IMG/VR virus record: IMGVR_UViG_3300024232_000030
Location: 1 to 40,275 of that record
Direction: 5' to 3' (one strand)
Source of the DNA: a virus
Taxonomy: Duplodnaviria; Caudoviricetes
DNA length: 40,275 bases
Made by a program: the position numbers and the translations under genes. The number at the start of each line of letters is the position of its first letter. Position 1 is the first letter of the stretch. Positions 1 through 9,352 of the stretch are shown here, piece by piece. A model generated the notes under the pieces. The model saw only the letters and a list, made by a program, of their open reading frames with translations, was not told where the DNA came from and searched no databases.

Positions 1-198
1 CTGTTCCCGTTCGCCCGCCGGCCGAGAGAAGACGTGACGTACGATGCGGAGAACGTGTTCTTCCGTGCAGCCGCAGGCCTGGACAAGTTCGACAGCCTCC
101 TCGATGAAGCGAAGGTTGCGCTCGGTCTTATTCTTCGCAATGAATTCGCCGAATGCGAGCATAGCCCAGCTTGCGGCACGAGATTGGAAGGTCCACAT
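1..198 (-). CDS. MazG-like NTP pyrophosphohydrolase, N-terminal part (runs off window edge)
   Basis: Hand translation from ATG at 198: MWTFQSRAASWAMLAFGEFIAKNKTERNLRFIEEAVELVQACGC...VFSRPAGEREQ; the ERxxRFxEEAxEL pattern is typical of all-alpha NTP-PPases; TGATG overlap with upstream ORF. Confidence 0.65.
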   Translation of the reverse strand, partial: MWTFQSRAASWAMLAFGEFIAKNKTERNLRFIEEAVELVQACGCTEEHVLRIVRHVFSRPAGEREQ

Positions 199-353
199 CA
201 CTCCCTCCCTGGAACGACGAAAACGTAGTACGCAACTGCGCAGACGATGATGTCGATAAAAGCGTGAACGAACCGACCGCGCGCAGCATCATTGTCAATG
301 AGCGGAGAGAAGAGGATTAAACCTCCGAGCGCGAAGCGTTGAGTACGCGTCAT
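198..353 (-). CDS. small hydrophobic hypothetical protein (51 aa)
   Basis: Hand translation MTRTQRFALGGLILFSP...VAYYVFVVPGRE; SD AGGAG upstream. Confidence 0.5.
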   Translation of the reverse strand: MTRTQRFALGGLILFSPLIDNDAARGRFVHAFIDIIVCAVAYYVFVVPGRE

Positions 354-516
354 CTTTCTCCTAATCACTACTTATCCACGTCGCTGCTGTCCAAACTGCC
401 ATGGCGAAGAAGCACAGCATGGATAGTAGTAGTGCACGCTCCGCTGGAGCTAGTAGCCAGAGCAATGTGCAAAGGATGATTACCCCACGCAGCGATATTA
501 AGCCACTTGTTGAGGT

Positions 517-1533
517 TCACTTCTGCTCCTTCTGCTGGGCGGCGATTTCTTTCTCAATGGCGTCCCAGATGTTATAGCACTCCGCGTAGATCGCGCTCTG
601 CTGCTTCGATTCAGGCGACCCCGGACGAAACTTCTGTATCTCCTTAAACGCAGTGTCTCTACGTTCGTTTAGCAACTTGAGGATCGCGGCGGCGAGGGCC
701 TGACGGGCGTCGGTGAGTTGGCGTTCTACTGTTTTCGCGCACTCTTTCCAGCAGATTGGGCATTCGCGTAGGGCGTGATACTCCAGATAGTCCAGCGAGC
801 TTTTGTGGTGCTCGCACTTCTCGCCAACGAGCGAACCCGCCATCTTGATTTTCTCGCGCATCGCATCGCCCCGTTCCTGCGTCAGTCGGGCGATCGTGGC
901 CTCGGCCTCGTCGAGTGCGTCATGAATCGCCAAGACGAGCGGATCGCGCTTTCGGAAGTGGATGGTTCGACCTTCGCGTGTTGCGTCTCGAAGTTCTGCC
1001 GTCGCCTCACGCGCTTGCTCAAACTTTGCGTTCATCTGTGGCTCCGGTGGGACGGATCGCCGTCCCTCGGCTGTCGGTGACGCGAGTTCATACTTCACAG
1101 GCCAACCACATTCGGCCGGGGTATGTTCGCGCATGAGATGACAGCGTTCGTTTACACATAGCGCCATAGGTTCTGTTCCTTTCGGCGTCTCGGCGCCCTC
1201 GCGGCGTGGGGGATCGACGGCGGCTAACAGGTTCAACACATCGGCAGATTTCATCCACTGGCCTTGCCTATGTCTTTTCTCTTTCGTCGTAAGAACAGGC
1301 TCTATATCGTGCGTGACGGCATAGACCACATAACGCGGTAATTCGCGGAGTCGGGCGATCACGTCCCCGCCCTCTCTGGCTGCAAGTGGGCCAATGGTCT
1401 CCGTCTTCACGACCGTGCCATCACGATCCATCCACTGAATCTTGTGCGGTTGGTCCGCGTAGAGCACGAACGTGGACATCGTGTCGGGCGTCATGCCCGC
1501 TCCGGGGGGTGAGGAGTGGTTTATTCCATCCAT
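517..1533 (-). CDS. hypothetical phage protein with coiled-coil and CxxCxxxC motif
   Basis: 338 aa ORF in co-oriented operon; CPICWKEC motif. Confidence 0.6.
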   Translation of the reverse strand: MDGINHSSPPGAGMTPDTMSTFVLYADQPHKIQWMDRDGTVVKTETIGPLAAREGGDVIARLRELPRYVVYAVTHDIEPVLTTKEKRHRQGQWMKSADVLNLLAAVDPPRREGAETPKGTEPMALCVNERCHLMREHTPAECGWPVKYELASPTAEGRRSVPPEPQMNAKFEQAREATAELRDATREGRTIHFRKRDPLVLAIHDALDEAEATIARLTQERGDAMREKIKMAGSLVGEKCEHHKSSLDYLEYHALRECPICWKECAKTVERQLTDARQALAAAILKLLNERRDTAFKEIQKFRPGSPESKQQSAIYAECYNIWDAIEKEIAAQQKEQK

Positions 1534-1982
1534 GCGACACAGCCTTTCGTGGAACAGGCCGCGTGCATATGCCCGTTATATGCGGCGACTGAGTAGGAGA
1601 TTTTTCCGTCGCAGTTCGGACACGCGACATCGGAGACGCCGCCGTGGCCTTTCTTGAGGCCCTTCGCTTTCGCGTCATCATGAGCCACTCGAATGGCTTT
1701 CTTATGGCGCTCCATCGCAGCGTCACCAGCCGCGACCGTCGCCTCCGCTTCTTCCCTCGTCGGTAACTCGCGCTTGTCGCAGGACACGCGTACCACGTCT
1801 TTCGCGTGGTCGAAAACGATGGTGTGGCAGGGAATTCGCAACCCCCATCCGAGATCAGGCCCTCCGACGAGCGCCCGGTAATCCACGCCAGCCTTACACG
1901 GCGTCCGATGCGTGCCAGTGAAATGCTTGCACGTCTGCATCTCGCGACGGATTTCCAACTCTCGATCTGTCGGCTTGTTCAT
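1521..1982 (-). CDS. Cys/His-rich zinc-binding hypothetical protein
   Basis: CKHF, CPNCDG and HMHAACSTKGC motifs. Confidence 0.65.
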   Translation of the reverse strand: MNKPTDRELEIRREMQTCKHFTGTHRTPCKAGVDYRALVGGPDLGWGLRIPCHTIVFDHAKDVVRVSCDKRELPTREEAEATVAAGDAAMERHKKAIRVAHDDAKAKGLKKGHGGVSDVACPNCDGKISYSVAAYNGHMHAACSTKGCVAWME

Positions 1983-2013
1983 CGGGTGGCTCCGGGGGGT
2001 GAGGGCTGATCGA

Positions 2014-2199
2014 TCATCGCGACTCCAAGATGAGATACATAATCGTGTTCAGCTCAAGGAGACGACCGTATTCCTCGTCGTTCATTTCCCACGCCTGCTT
2101 CTTATCCAGCAGCCTTTTGCGAGTGAACGCGCAGTGGTCGTAAATGCGCTGTTCTTCCGGCGTAAGCGTTGATTTCGTCTTAAACATTGGCTCACTCAT
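2014..2199 (-). CDS. hypothetical protein
   Basis: Start reassigned to MSEPMF; fits operon packing. Confidence 0.45.
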   Translation of the reverse strand: MSEPMFKTKSTLTPEEQRIYDHCAFTRKRLLDKKQAWEMNDEEYGRLLELNTIMYLILESR

Positions 2200-2224
2200 G
2201 GGGGATCGTCCCGTGCCCTCTCTC

Positions 2225-2605
2225 TTACACCACCGAAAACGACACTTCAATGCCCTTGCGGTGCATCTCCATAATCAACAGTCGCGCGAAGGCCCGCCGC
2301 ATCAGTTCCTTGATTTCTCGCCCTTCGCCTCCACCGCTTGCCAACTGCATAATCTGCCCCGGTTGGTCGTTCGCTGGTTCCAACACGCGGATCGTGGCGT
2401 CTTCGCAATCCGGCGCGTATTGCTTGGCATAGTCGCGCAATACATCGGCGCTGTAGGTTTCGTGTTCGCGCAGGGCCTCATCCACGATGCGAAGCGGACT
2501 CCGCCGCAACTCCCCCACGACCGCTTTCAACACTTCAAACGCCGAGGCGCGTTCTTGCCCGGTCAACCCGCTGTTGTAGCCGATGTAAATGTGATAACCA
2601 GTCAT
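2225..2605 (-). CDS. hypothetical protein
   Basis: 126 aa ORF with GAGGGG SD. Confidence 0.6.
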   Translation of the reverse strand: MTGYHIYIGYNSGLTGQERASAFEVLKAVVGELRRSPLRIVDEALREHETYSADVLRDYAKQYAPDCEDATIRVLEPANDQPGQIMQLASGGGEGREIKELMRRAFARLLIMEMHRKGIEVSFSVV

Positions 2606-2633
2606 TTACCCCTCGGAGGCCGCGTCTGCGGCG

Positions 2634-2819
2634 TCAGCGTCCCGGCGCTTCATAATTCGGATCACCGTGATGTGGGCAACTACGTCCACCGATATGGGCA
2701 CAGTGATAACAATAGCCACCCGCTGCCTGATACTCCTGCCTCCAATACCTGACTTCTTCCCGCAACTTTTTTATCTGCGCTTTCAGCTTTGCTATTGTTC
2801 GGGCGGGTGGCTCAGGCAT
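2634..2819 (-). CDS. small Cys/His-rich hypothetical protein
   Basis: CYHC and CPHH motifs; AAGGAG SD. Confidence 0.5.
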   Translation of the reverse strand: MPEPPARTIAKLKAQIKKLREEVRYWRQEYQAAGGYCYHCAHIGGRSCPHHGDPNYEAPGR

Positions 2820-3018
2820 CGCGTGTCTCCTTCTTCACTCTGTTGATTCGCATGAAGACATGAACCCCGCGCGGGTGATCGAGCGAGGTGTAATCGTACC
2901 ATTCACCAGAGTTCCATTCGTCAGGAGTGATTGGAATGAGCGTCCCATCGGCATCCTCTTGCATCCGCTGGTACGGTTCGTCGAAACTCGCGCCGCTTGA
3001 TCGATATGTTTCAGTCAT
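2812..3018 (-). CDS. hypothetical protein
   Basis: Start at MTETYR gives an ATGA overlap with the upstream gene. Confidence 0.5.
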   Translation of the reverse strand: MTETYRSSGASFDEPYQRMQEDADGTLIPITPDEWNSGEWYDYTSLDHPRGVHVFMRINRVKKETRDA

Positions 3019-3284
3019 CTGTATATCTTGAACGGCGTGTTCGGACAATACGTGTTGATAATCGTGAAGCATTGATCAATGCGCGCATCGTATGCCCGCT
3101 GCCGTGCAGTCATGAGCTGTTGCAGTTCTTGCGCGCTGTAATAGCGCTGCACCGTGCGGCCGGCACTGAACCACATGTACGAGTTCGCGATCGACGCGAT
3201 CATCATGATGATGAAGATCTTGAACGTCAGCACCGGAGCATGCTTGTCGATATTTGCGCGCCACGATGTGAGGGACATCGTCAA
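3015..3284 (-). CDS. single-TM membrane protein
   Basis: Hydrophobic segment VLTFKIFIIMMIASIANSYMWF. Confidence 0.5.
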   Translation of the reverse strand: MTMSLTSWRANIDKHAPVLTFKIFIIMMIASIANSYMWFSAGRTVQRYYSAQELQQLMTARQRAYDARIDQCFTIINTYCPNTPFKIYR

Positions 3285-3634
3285 TACTTCCCGATCAGTT
3301 CCTGGAGCACGGCTTTCCGCTTGTAGTTGTCAGCAAGCGTGGTCGCCGCCTGTTGCACGAGTGCAGCTGCAAGGAGTTTGGTCAACTCCGCAGCAGCAGA
3401 TGTCATAGCTTCAAGGATCTTCGGCTTCGCATCTGCAAGCTCTTCATGCAGCTGCTTCTTGAAGTTCTCGTCGATCACCTGCTTGACTTCGTCACGGACG
3501 ACGATCTGGATTTGATTGACGATCTCATACGAGACCTGCTCCTTCGCCTTCCGCACGATCTCGGGACGAAGATCCTCGATCGCCGCGGCGGTGAGGGCGG
3601 TGATTTGTTCTGGAGTGAATTCAACAGCTGGCAT
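3281..3634 (-). CDS. hypothetical helical protein
   Basis: 117 aa ORF with AGGAGG SD. Confidence 0.65.
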   Translation of the reverse strand: MPAVEFTPEQITALTAAAIEDLRPEIVRKAKEQVSYEIVNQIQIVVRDEVKQVIDENFKKQLHEELADAKPKILEAMTSAAAELTKLLAAALVQQAATTLADNYKRKAVLQELIGKY

Positions 3635-3644
3635 AGCGGTCCTC

Positions 3645-3902
3645 CTAGGACTGAAACCCTTTCATCTGCTCGCGAGTCGGCGTTGCACGCATTGCGTCAC
3701 GAAACCAAAACTCGAACTTCTCGTCCGGGATTCCATCAACACGGCAGAAGGTGACTGCTGCAATGAATGCGGCACGTGCGACGGATTCAAGCGAGAGTCC
3801 CGTCTCCATCGCGCGTTTCTGCATCATGTTGATTCCTGCCTGCAGGACAATCATCTGATTGTCCCATTGCTCTTTCGTCATGCTCGGGCGTTGATCATCC
3901 AT
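3645..3902 (-). CDS. hypothetical protein
   Basis: Start at MDDQRP with GGAGG SD. Confidence 0.55.
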   Translation of the reverse strand: MDDQRPSMTKEQWDNQMIVLQAGINMMQKRAMETGLSLESVARAAFIAAVTFCRVDGIPDEKFEFWFRDAMRATPTREQMKGFQS

Positions 3903-4302
3903 TGCGGTAGATCCTCCCGTCTTCAGACTCAGCGATTGCAGCATACTTCGCGGTTTCATGCACCGTCACTCGCATCGTGCCTGCGTATGCCTCATGCATC
4001 CGGTTATAGAAGTACGTTGCGAGTGCTTCGGTGGTTGGCTCAACACTCAAGGACACAGTCCGGAAGCCCTGGGCACGAAGAAAGTTCAAGACGTCATCCT
4101 TCTCGTAGAGCACCATCGCATGGTCGAAGCCGTCCAGGACACGATGCAAGCTGTCACTCACTTCCTTGAAGTCGAGGAAATCGGGAGAAGTGACTTCCAC
4201 CTCAACCGTTACGTTGTGACCGTGCGGAGAGGAGCAGATTCCTTCGTACGAGGGAAGACGGTGCCCCATCGAGATCGTGTGGGAGACGCAGATTTTGTTC
4301 AC
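3895..4302 (-). CDS. queD: 6-carboxy-5,6,7,8-tetrahydropterin synthase (QueD/PTPS)
   Basis: GHRL, CxxxHGHN, DFKEV, FDH, PTxExLA and VxET motifs. Confidence 0.92.
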   Translation of the reverse strand: MNKICVSHTISMGHRLPSYEGICSSPHGHNVTVEVEVTSPDFLDFKEVSDSLHRVLDGFDHAMVLYEKDDVLNFLRAQGFRTVSLSVEPTTEALATYFYNRMHEAYAGTMRVTVHETAKYAAIAESEDGRIYRNG

Positions 4303-4688
4303 TTCGTTCCCCCTTCGAGTACTCGTCGCTCCTTCTCCAAGTCGCGATTGAGAGCGGCGTCCTCGGTGAACTTCTCCGGGTACCGGGTTGCAAGCTTCGC
4401 AATGTTCAAGCTCTTCGCTTCAGCGAACGTGAAGCCCGCAGTTCGAGCAAGGAGAGCCTGGTACCAGAACGAATCGCCGCACTCTTCACTGAGGTTAACG
4501 AGGTCAATCGGCTTGCCGTATACGACGTGCCGTTTGATCGCGTCCATCAACTCTCCGGCTTCCGTGACCATGCCCATCACTGCGTGGAGCAGTTGCAGAG
4601 TCTGTACATTCTGCAACCGCTCTTGCATTGGTGCGTAGTCCGGGAGATCGGTCAGTCGTGCAGATTCAACGTACTTTACGTCGTCCAT
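4299..4688 (-). CDS. MazG-family nucleotide pyrophosphohydrolase
   Basis: LLHAVMGMVTEAGELMDAIKR, EECGDSFWY and NIAKLATRYP motifs; start moved to MDDVKY. Confidence 0.88.
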   Translation of the reverse strand: MDDVKYVESARLTDLPDYAPMQERLQNVQTLQLLHAVMGMVTEAGELMDAIKRHVVYGKPIDLVNLSEECGDSFWYQALLARTAGFTFAEAKSLNIAKLATRYPEKFTEDAALNRDLEKERRVLEGGTK

Positions 4689-5247
4689 GCTTCTTCGCCT
4701 TTCGTGTTCGAGCTGTCTCATGTTGAACTGAACGTGCAATACGAATGCCTGTTTGCCCGACTGTTCCGTGGTGTGTCACGTCGTACCCAGTTCTTCGAAC
4801 CGCCTCCTGCACATCAGGGCGCGAAGCGAAGGTTCGCAGGTCGAGTTCAGTTGGTTCTGAAGGAGCTAGGGCGTGTCCGGCCCAACTCTGATCAGGTACA
4901 AGCGCTCCATCGTTGATGAGGCAGATGAGTGCGAAGCACCCCCAAGCTGCTCCAGCGAAGTCGTCATCCTCCGTTCCGAACCGCTGCTTCAACAGGCGAG
5001 CAATCTCCTCTGGATCCCCGTGCGCAGCACGTACGCATTCGATATATCGAGTCTTCGCACTTTCAAGATGCGCCTGGATATGGTTCAGCGTGTCGGAGAA
5101 GGGAAGACCGCGCGTCCAGTTCCATTCACCGTACTTTGTACCGAGCGCATAGCGAGCGGCAAGCCGCCGCAGCGCTACGGACGGGATAAGGTCGTACCGT
5201 GCCGAGACTTGCTCGCTCCTTCTCGCTCCACTTTCAAACGTTTTCAT
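4666..5247 (-). CDS. dATP/dGTP diphosphohydrolase domain protein (DUF5664-type)
   Basis: FESGARR...RYDLIP..ALRRLA..YALGxKYGEWNWxRG..HL signature; GGAGGAG SD before ATG 5247. Confidence 0.8.
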   Translation of the reverse strand: MKTFESGARRSEQVSARYDLIPSVALRRLAARYALGTKYGEWNWTRGLPFSDTLNHIQAHLESAKTRYIECVRAAHGDPEEIARLLKQRFGTEDDDFAGAAWGCFALICLINDGALVPDQSWAGHALAPSEPTELDLRTFASRPDVQEAVRRTGYDVTHHGTVGQTGIRIARSVQHETARTRKAKKHGRRKVR

Positions 5248-5570
5248 TCGCTCTCCTCCGTGCTCTGCACGATGAATTCCGGGGGCAGGGACCACCCGCA
5301 CTCCGTGCACTTGTAGAACATCATCAGTCCGTGTTTGCCCGGGCGTCCTGCGTCTCGCGCGTGCCGGCGAAGCCGGACCCAGCAGTGTACGCTCCCATCC
5401 ATCTGATACATCTCGGCGATGGCCGCAATGAACAGGATCAGGATGCCTGCGGCACATGCGAACATGATCGCGAGGGCGGGAAGCACGACCCACGTAACGA
5501 AGTGATGCATCTTCAGCTCCTCAAAAGGCCCCATCATTCCTTTGGAATGCGTATCGTGCGCAGTGCGCAT
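5244..5570 (-). CDS. membrane protein with C-terminal zinc ribbon
   Basis: Long hydrophobic stretch followed by CTECG. Confidence 0.5.
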   Translation of the reverse strand: MRTAHDTHSKGMMGPFEELKMHHFVTWVVLPALAIMFACAAGILILFIAAIAEMYQMDGSVHCWVRLRRHARDAGRPGKHGLMMFYKCTECGWSLPPEFIVQSTEESE

Positions 5571-5651
5571 GGGGCCTCTTCAAGAGCCGAGTGCAATGCA
5601 CGTTGCAGGGGCTCCGGTTGATCGTGCGAAGCCCCTGCAAGTGCGAAGCAC

Positions 5652-6056
5652 TTACTCGATCGGAACGTACCGAGCGACCTTGCTGCGAGCAGCATAGGTC
5701 TGTCCCGTGTTTGGGTCCTTCCGCTCTTTCTCTGTTGTTACCACAACCCCGATCTCCCGGCCGATCAGTTGATCTGTATCGTCGAGAGTGAAGTCGTCGC
5801 CCTCTCCGCTCGCTTCGAGGAGCTGCCGCGTGCGGAACATCCCCTCTCCGCTCAGCATGAGAAGGTCGAAGAGCTTCCTGCCGTGGTACTCCTCGGCGTC
5901 CGATGGCCCGAAGATTGTCATCTCCAGGTTGGCCATTGGAGTTTTCTTCTCCTTGCTCTCCTTGTACTCGCTCTTGTCGACGCGCACGTGATACACGCCC
6001 TCGGGCACTGGCTCGCCCTTCGGCATATCGCCAAGGCGCGGAGCATTCGGAATCAT
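5652..6056 (-). CDS. DUF669-family single-stranded DNA binding protein
   Basis: VPEGVYHVRV...GRKLFD..DTDQLIGRE pattern; located downstream of the Sak4 gene. Confidence 0.75.
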   Translation of the reverse strand: MIPNAPRLGDMPKGEPVPEGVYHVRVDKSEYKESKEKKTPMANLEMTIFGPSDAEEYHGRKLFDLLMLSGEGMFRTRQLLEASGEGDDFTLDDTDQLIGREIGVVVTTEKERKDPNTGQTYAARSKVARYVPIE

Positions 6057-6073
6057 TACCGTATAGTTACCCT

Positions 6074-6466
6074 CTACTCTCTGTTGCTGTACCCGGTTGG
6101 TCCATAGACCTTCCTCCGGGCTATCCAAGACTGTCGCACGCTTTCCGCTCGGGTGGTCGAGGGCGTTCTTTCGCGGCTACGTCTGGAGTCGTCAGATTTC
6201 CACTCCCTTGTCTTGTTGAGAAGAGGAACGCCCCGTTCTCGAAGCGCTGCGATCCACGCTACTTCAACTCGATGACCTTCGCTCTTACTGTGTAGGATTG
6301 CCTGGACGTGAAAGTCCAAGGGCTCCGTGCATTCGAATAAGGCATTGGTATCGGGTTGGTTCAGGTGCCTCCACGATCTCATGTACGGATTGTTGGTGAC
6401 TCCAACATATCGAATGTGCCCAGCGGGATTCCGGAGGACATATAAGAAGTGCGGAGTGTTTTCCAA
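6074..6466 (-). CDS. GIY-YIG homing endonuclease
   Basis: LYVL..RYVGVT..R..H..E..LLN core; TTG start with AAGGAG SD; inserted between sak4 and the DUF669 gene. Confidence 0.8.
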   Translation of the reverse strand: MENTPHFLYVLRNPAGHIRYVGVTNNPYMRSWRHLNQPDTNALFECTEPLDFHVQAILHSKSEGHRVEVAWIAALRERGVPLLNKTREWKSDDSRRSRERTPSTTRAESVRQSWIARRKVYGPTGYSNRE

Positions 6467-6493
6467 CGTTCATTCTCCTTGTGAGTTTGAAGC

Positions 6494-7405
6494 TTACTTG
6501 CTGACCGTCTGGGGCTGCGCCCCGCTCGTAGGAGCTGTCGCTCCAGTGCTTGCACTTGCACTCTGGTTGCCGGTTGCCTCCTTTGAAGCTGGTTCGAGGA
6601 GTCGCAGTGCGTTGCGATCCCCGCACATATAATCCATCAACGCGCTGATGTTCGGGTTACAACGAAGGGGGAGCCTGGCATAGTCGGCGGGCAGCCGAAC
6701 TCGTGCAGGTGATCCACCTTCACCTTGCGTCACCATCACGTGCTTTCCGGATACGACGCGTAGGCGGACAGTTGCATCGGGCCAACCTGGAACTTCGCGA
6801 GGGAGTTTCTGGCCGGGGAGTTCAGGCGCTGCGAATTGAGGTTCGCCTTCTCCTCCGAAGAGACCTTCCCGTGCGATGATGTAGAGGTGCCCGTGCAGGG
6901 AGAACATCTCTTTGTAGAGCTGTCGCCCTTTCTCAGCGAGAAAACCGTACGCCATCCTCGGATCCTTATGCGCTGCTGGTGTTGCAAGGTCCTCCCAGCC
7001 CTTGAGCTCTGCATACCGCTCGAGAGGGAATTCCCCCCACTGCGTGAGAGAGTCAAGGACGACCGAGCCGAACTCTTCCTGTTCGTACTCGATCTTGCCG
7101 GGTTTCTTCTTCATCTCACGAACGACTTCGATGAGTTCTGCATGATTCTGCACGACGACGAACGGGACTCCATCGCTCTGCAGGCTCAAGAGCCCGTGGG
7201 TTTCACCCAACTCGCATGCAATGACGATTGGATTCTTCCTTCCATCCTTCAGCGTTCGGATGCTGTAGGTCTTCCCTGCACCTCCCGGTCCGTATGCAAG
7301 TACTGTGGCGAAGGTCGCCTTCAGCATGTCAGTACGGAAGAGCTTTGGGAGAGCGTTCCCGCGCCCGGTCCGAGAAGGTTGTGCGAATGAAGGGGCTGTT
7401 GGCAC
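6494..7405 (-). CDS. Sak4-like (AAA_24) ssDNA-annealing ATPase
   Basis: Walker A YGPGGAGKT, Walker B VVLDSLT; neighbours are an exonuclease and an SSB. Confidence 0.8.
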   Translation of the reverse strand: MPTAPSFAQPSRTGRGNALPKLFRTDMLKATFATVLAYGPGGAGKTYSIRTLKDGRKNPIVIACELGETHGLLSLQSDGVPFVVVQNHAELIEVVREMKKKPGKIEYEQEEFGSVVLDSLTQWGEFPLERYAELKGWEDLATPAAHKDPRMAYGFLAEKGRQLYKEMFSLHGHLYIIAREGLFGGEGEPQFAAPELPGQKLPREVPGWPDATVRLRVVSGKHVMVTQGEGGSPARVRLPADYARLPLRCNPNISALMDYMCGDRNALRLLEPASKEATGNQSASASTGATAPTSGAQPQTVSK

Positions 7406-7414
7406 ACGTGCTCC

Positions 7415-7594
7415 TTACTCGGCTTCGCCTTCGTCTTCGATGTCTTCGTCTTCCTCGTCATCGGCTTCGTCCTCGAGGCCCGAGACGAAGGATTCGATCT
7501 TCGCGGCGGCTTCACCGCAGTCTACATCCTCCCCTTTCTCGTACTCGTCTTTAAGGAACGTACTCAGCTCGCTGATGAGATCATCTCTGTCCAT
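7415..7594 (-). CDS. very acidic 59 aa protein
   Basis: 27 Asp/Glu versus 4 Lys/Arg; AAGGAG SD; own upstream promoter. Confidence 0.7.
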   Translation of the reverse strand: MDRDDLISELSTFLKDEYEKGEDVDCGEAAAKIESFVSGLEDEADDEEDEDIEDEGEAE

Positions 7595-7653
7595 GTGCGG
7601 GGTTCTCCTTGCGGTTGTCAACACAGCGGAAATGCGTGTTGAACTCAAAGCCA

Positions 7654-7683
7654 ATTATACATCAAGGTCTTTTGACTTCTCAA
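7654..7683 (-). promoter_or_regulatory. sigma70-type promoter TTGAGA-N18-TATAAT
   Basis: Reverse complement of attata 7654-7659 and tctcaa 7678-7683. Confidence 0.7.
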
Positions 7684-7816
7684 CGTACGGTTCGTGTCTG
7701 GACGTACTCAGCAAATCTTGCGCAACTCATCGACGAGGCTGTCGCCTTGGAGGGCTCGAGCGTCTCTGCGCTCGGCGCTCCGCAAGCGGACGTTCACCGA
7801 GAACGTGCGGAGCATG

Positions 7817-8005
7817 TCAATGCACGTGATCAGGATGGTCGATGACCACCTGAGGAAAGTCCCGAATGATTCTCGCAGTGAAGCACTCCGTGTGTTCGAA
7901 GGGCGGGCGAGTAACTTTGACATTTGGTGGTTGTACATCTAACTCTCCCCATTCAGGATCAGCGTCGTCGAGGAATCTTCCACACGTGAAGCAACGTTTG
8001 GGCAT
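7817..8005 (-). CDS. small zinc-binding hypothetical protein
   Basis: CFTCG and HTEC motifs. Confidence 0.5.
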   Translation of the reverse strand: MPKRCFTCGRFLDDADPEWGELDVQPPNVKVTRPPFEHTECFTARIIRDFPQVVIDHPDHVH

Positions 8006-8015
8006 AGCGTCCCTT

Positions 8016-8294
8016 CTATCCGGCTGGTCTCTTCGTACCCCGAACCGCGTCGAGCATGTCTTTCATGATTTGGGTAGTCTCCTCCCGTGCCTTCGCAGTG
8101 TCCGGGCGAAGCGTCACGATCTGCGTATCGAAGTTCGACAGTTCTACTTCGAGTTTTGCTGGGAGCTCGAGCAACGCCTGATACACTGCCTCCTGCGCAG
8201 TGTACGCTTCGAGGTGAAGGGTATGCTCCTCGCTCTTCCGCGTCTTCTTATCCGTGAGTTTGAGGACCATGAGGTATGCGTTTGCCATCGGCAC
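8016..8294 (-). CDS. hypothetical protein
   Basis: 92 aa ORF with GAGGAG SD. Confidence 0.6.
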   Translation of the reverse strand: MPMANAYLMVLKLTDKKTRKSEEHTLHLEAYTAQEAVYQALLELPAKLEVELSNFDTQIVTLRPDTAKAREETTQIMKDMLDAVRGTKRPAG

Positions 8295-9352
8295 TACTCC
8301 TCTACTGATGCAGGAGCATCAACGCGAAGCCCTTGCGCTCGCTCGATCTGTTCCTGCGCATCATCGACGTAGTCGTTCTTGCGCACGTTGTACATTTTCC
8401 GTCGGACCTCCGTGTCTTTCAGACACAGGTCGCGGAACGCGCATGTCCCGTATCGGAAGCAGTGTTCGGTGTTCTTCGGAAACACGATCTTCCAGTTCTC
8501 TCCGAGCACCACGCGATTGAGCTGCTCGCGAAGGCGGTTGCAGTATTCGTTGAATTCGGCCTCGAACTCCTGGAGCTCCTCTTCCGTCCGGGTGAAGAGC
8601 TCACGTGTGAACTGGGGGATCTTAGTCTTGACGAGCACGTCGATGATCGCGCCACGGATGTAGATCGGCTCGCCGCCCTCTTTCAAGCTTTGCTCGGTGA
8701 GGAATTTCGAGAGCCCGTAGATGTAGGCGGAGAGCTGAACGTCTAGCTCGTACTTGAGGAGATCGCGCGGGTCCATCCTGCCGGCCGTCTTGTAATCGAC
8801 GAGATACAAGCCACCCTTGGCAGTGCTGAGGTTGTCCGCGCGTAAGCGGAGCCAGTTGTTCGTGTCAGTTCCCACCTCGACGAGGCACTCGATCTCCTGG
8901 TTCAGTGGACGCCAGAGCTCACCAGTCTTCGCCCAGTGCGCGACGTAGGCAGGGAGCACGCGGTCGACTATGTCAAGGCATTCTGCAAGGTCCTTGTCTT
9001 CGAATGCTGTACGCGGACCCGCGGACTCCGCGAGCTTCGCACGAGCGACCTCGAGTGCTTGCATTGGGAGAGGAAGTGATGCAATCTCCGCGCGTCGCGC
9101 ATGCGCTTGTACGCTTGCGGGATCTGCAGGATCGAACGGTTCCAGTGCAACTTCCTCGGGCCGAAGCCCGCCGGCGTGGAAGAAAGCGAGGCCTGCATGA
9201 GTAGCCGTCCCGATCTCCAGTGCCGAGCGTTTGCCAGGAGGCTCGAGCCGGGCGATCTTTCCCCAGGCGTAGAGACGCTGGCAGTTCATGAAGTTCTTCA
9301 GACTGCTCTGGTTGATGACAATCGGAACGGTCGTTCGTTCGTTCGCTTTCAT
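8294..9352 (-). CDS. PD-(D/E)xK exonuclease, Cas4/AddB-like with probable Fe-S cysteines
   Basis: N-terminal SSLxxFxxC, GTATH, RADxL, VDYKT and QLSAY motifs; C-terminal CxxxxxCxxxxxC. Confidence 0.85.
   Translation of the reverse strand: MKANERTTVPIVINQSSLKNFMNCQRLYAWGKIARLEPPGKRSALEIGTATHAGLAFFHAGGLRPEEVALEPFDPADPASVQAHARRAEIASLPLPMQALEVARAKLAESAGPRTAFEDKDLAECLDIVDRVLPAYVAHWAKTGELWRPLNQEIECLVEVGTDTNNWLRLRADNLSTAKGGLYLVDYKTAGRMDPRDLLKYELDVQLSAYIYGLSKFLTEQSLKEGGEPIYIRGAIIDVLVKTKIPQFTRELFTRTEEELQEFEAEFNEYCNRLREQLNRVVLGENWKIVFPKNTEHCFRYGTCAFRDLCLKDTEVRRKMYNVRKNDYVDDAQEQIERAQGLRVDAPASVEE

Noticed and set aside
6057-6075. TAACTATACGGT on the minus strand resembling a group I intron or homing-site motif
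   Set aside because: No intron core pairings found and both flanking genes appear intact; the GIY-YIG gene looks free-standing
8294-9352. CRISPR-Cas locus suggested by the Cas4-like gene
   Set aside because: No repeat-spacer array or other cas genes; context is phage recombination
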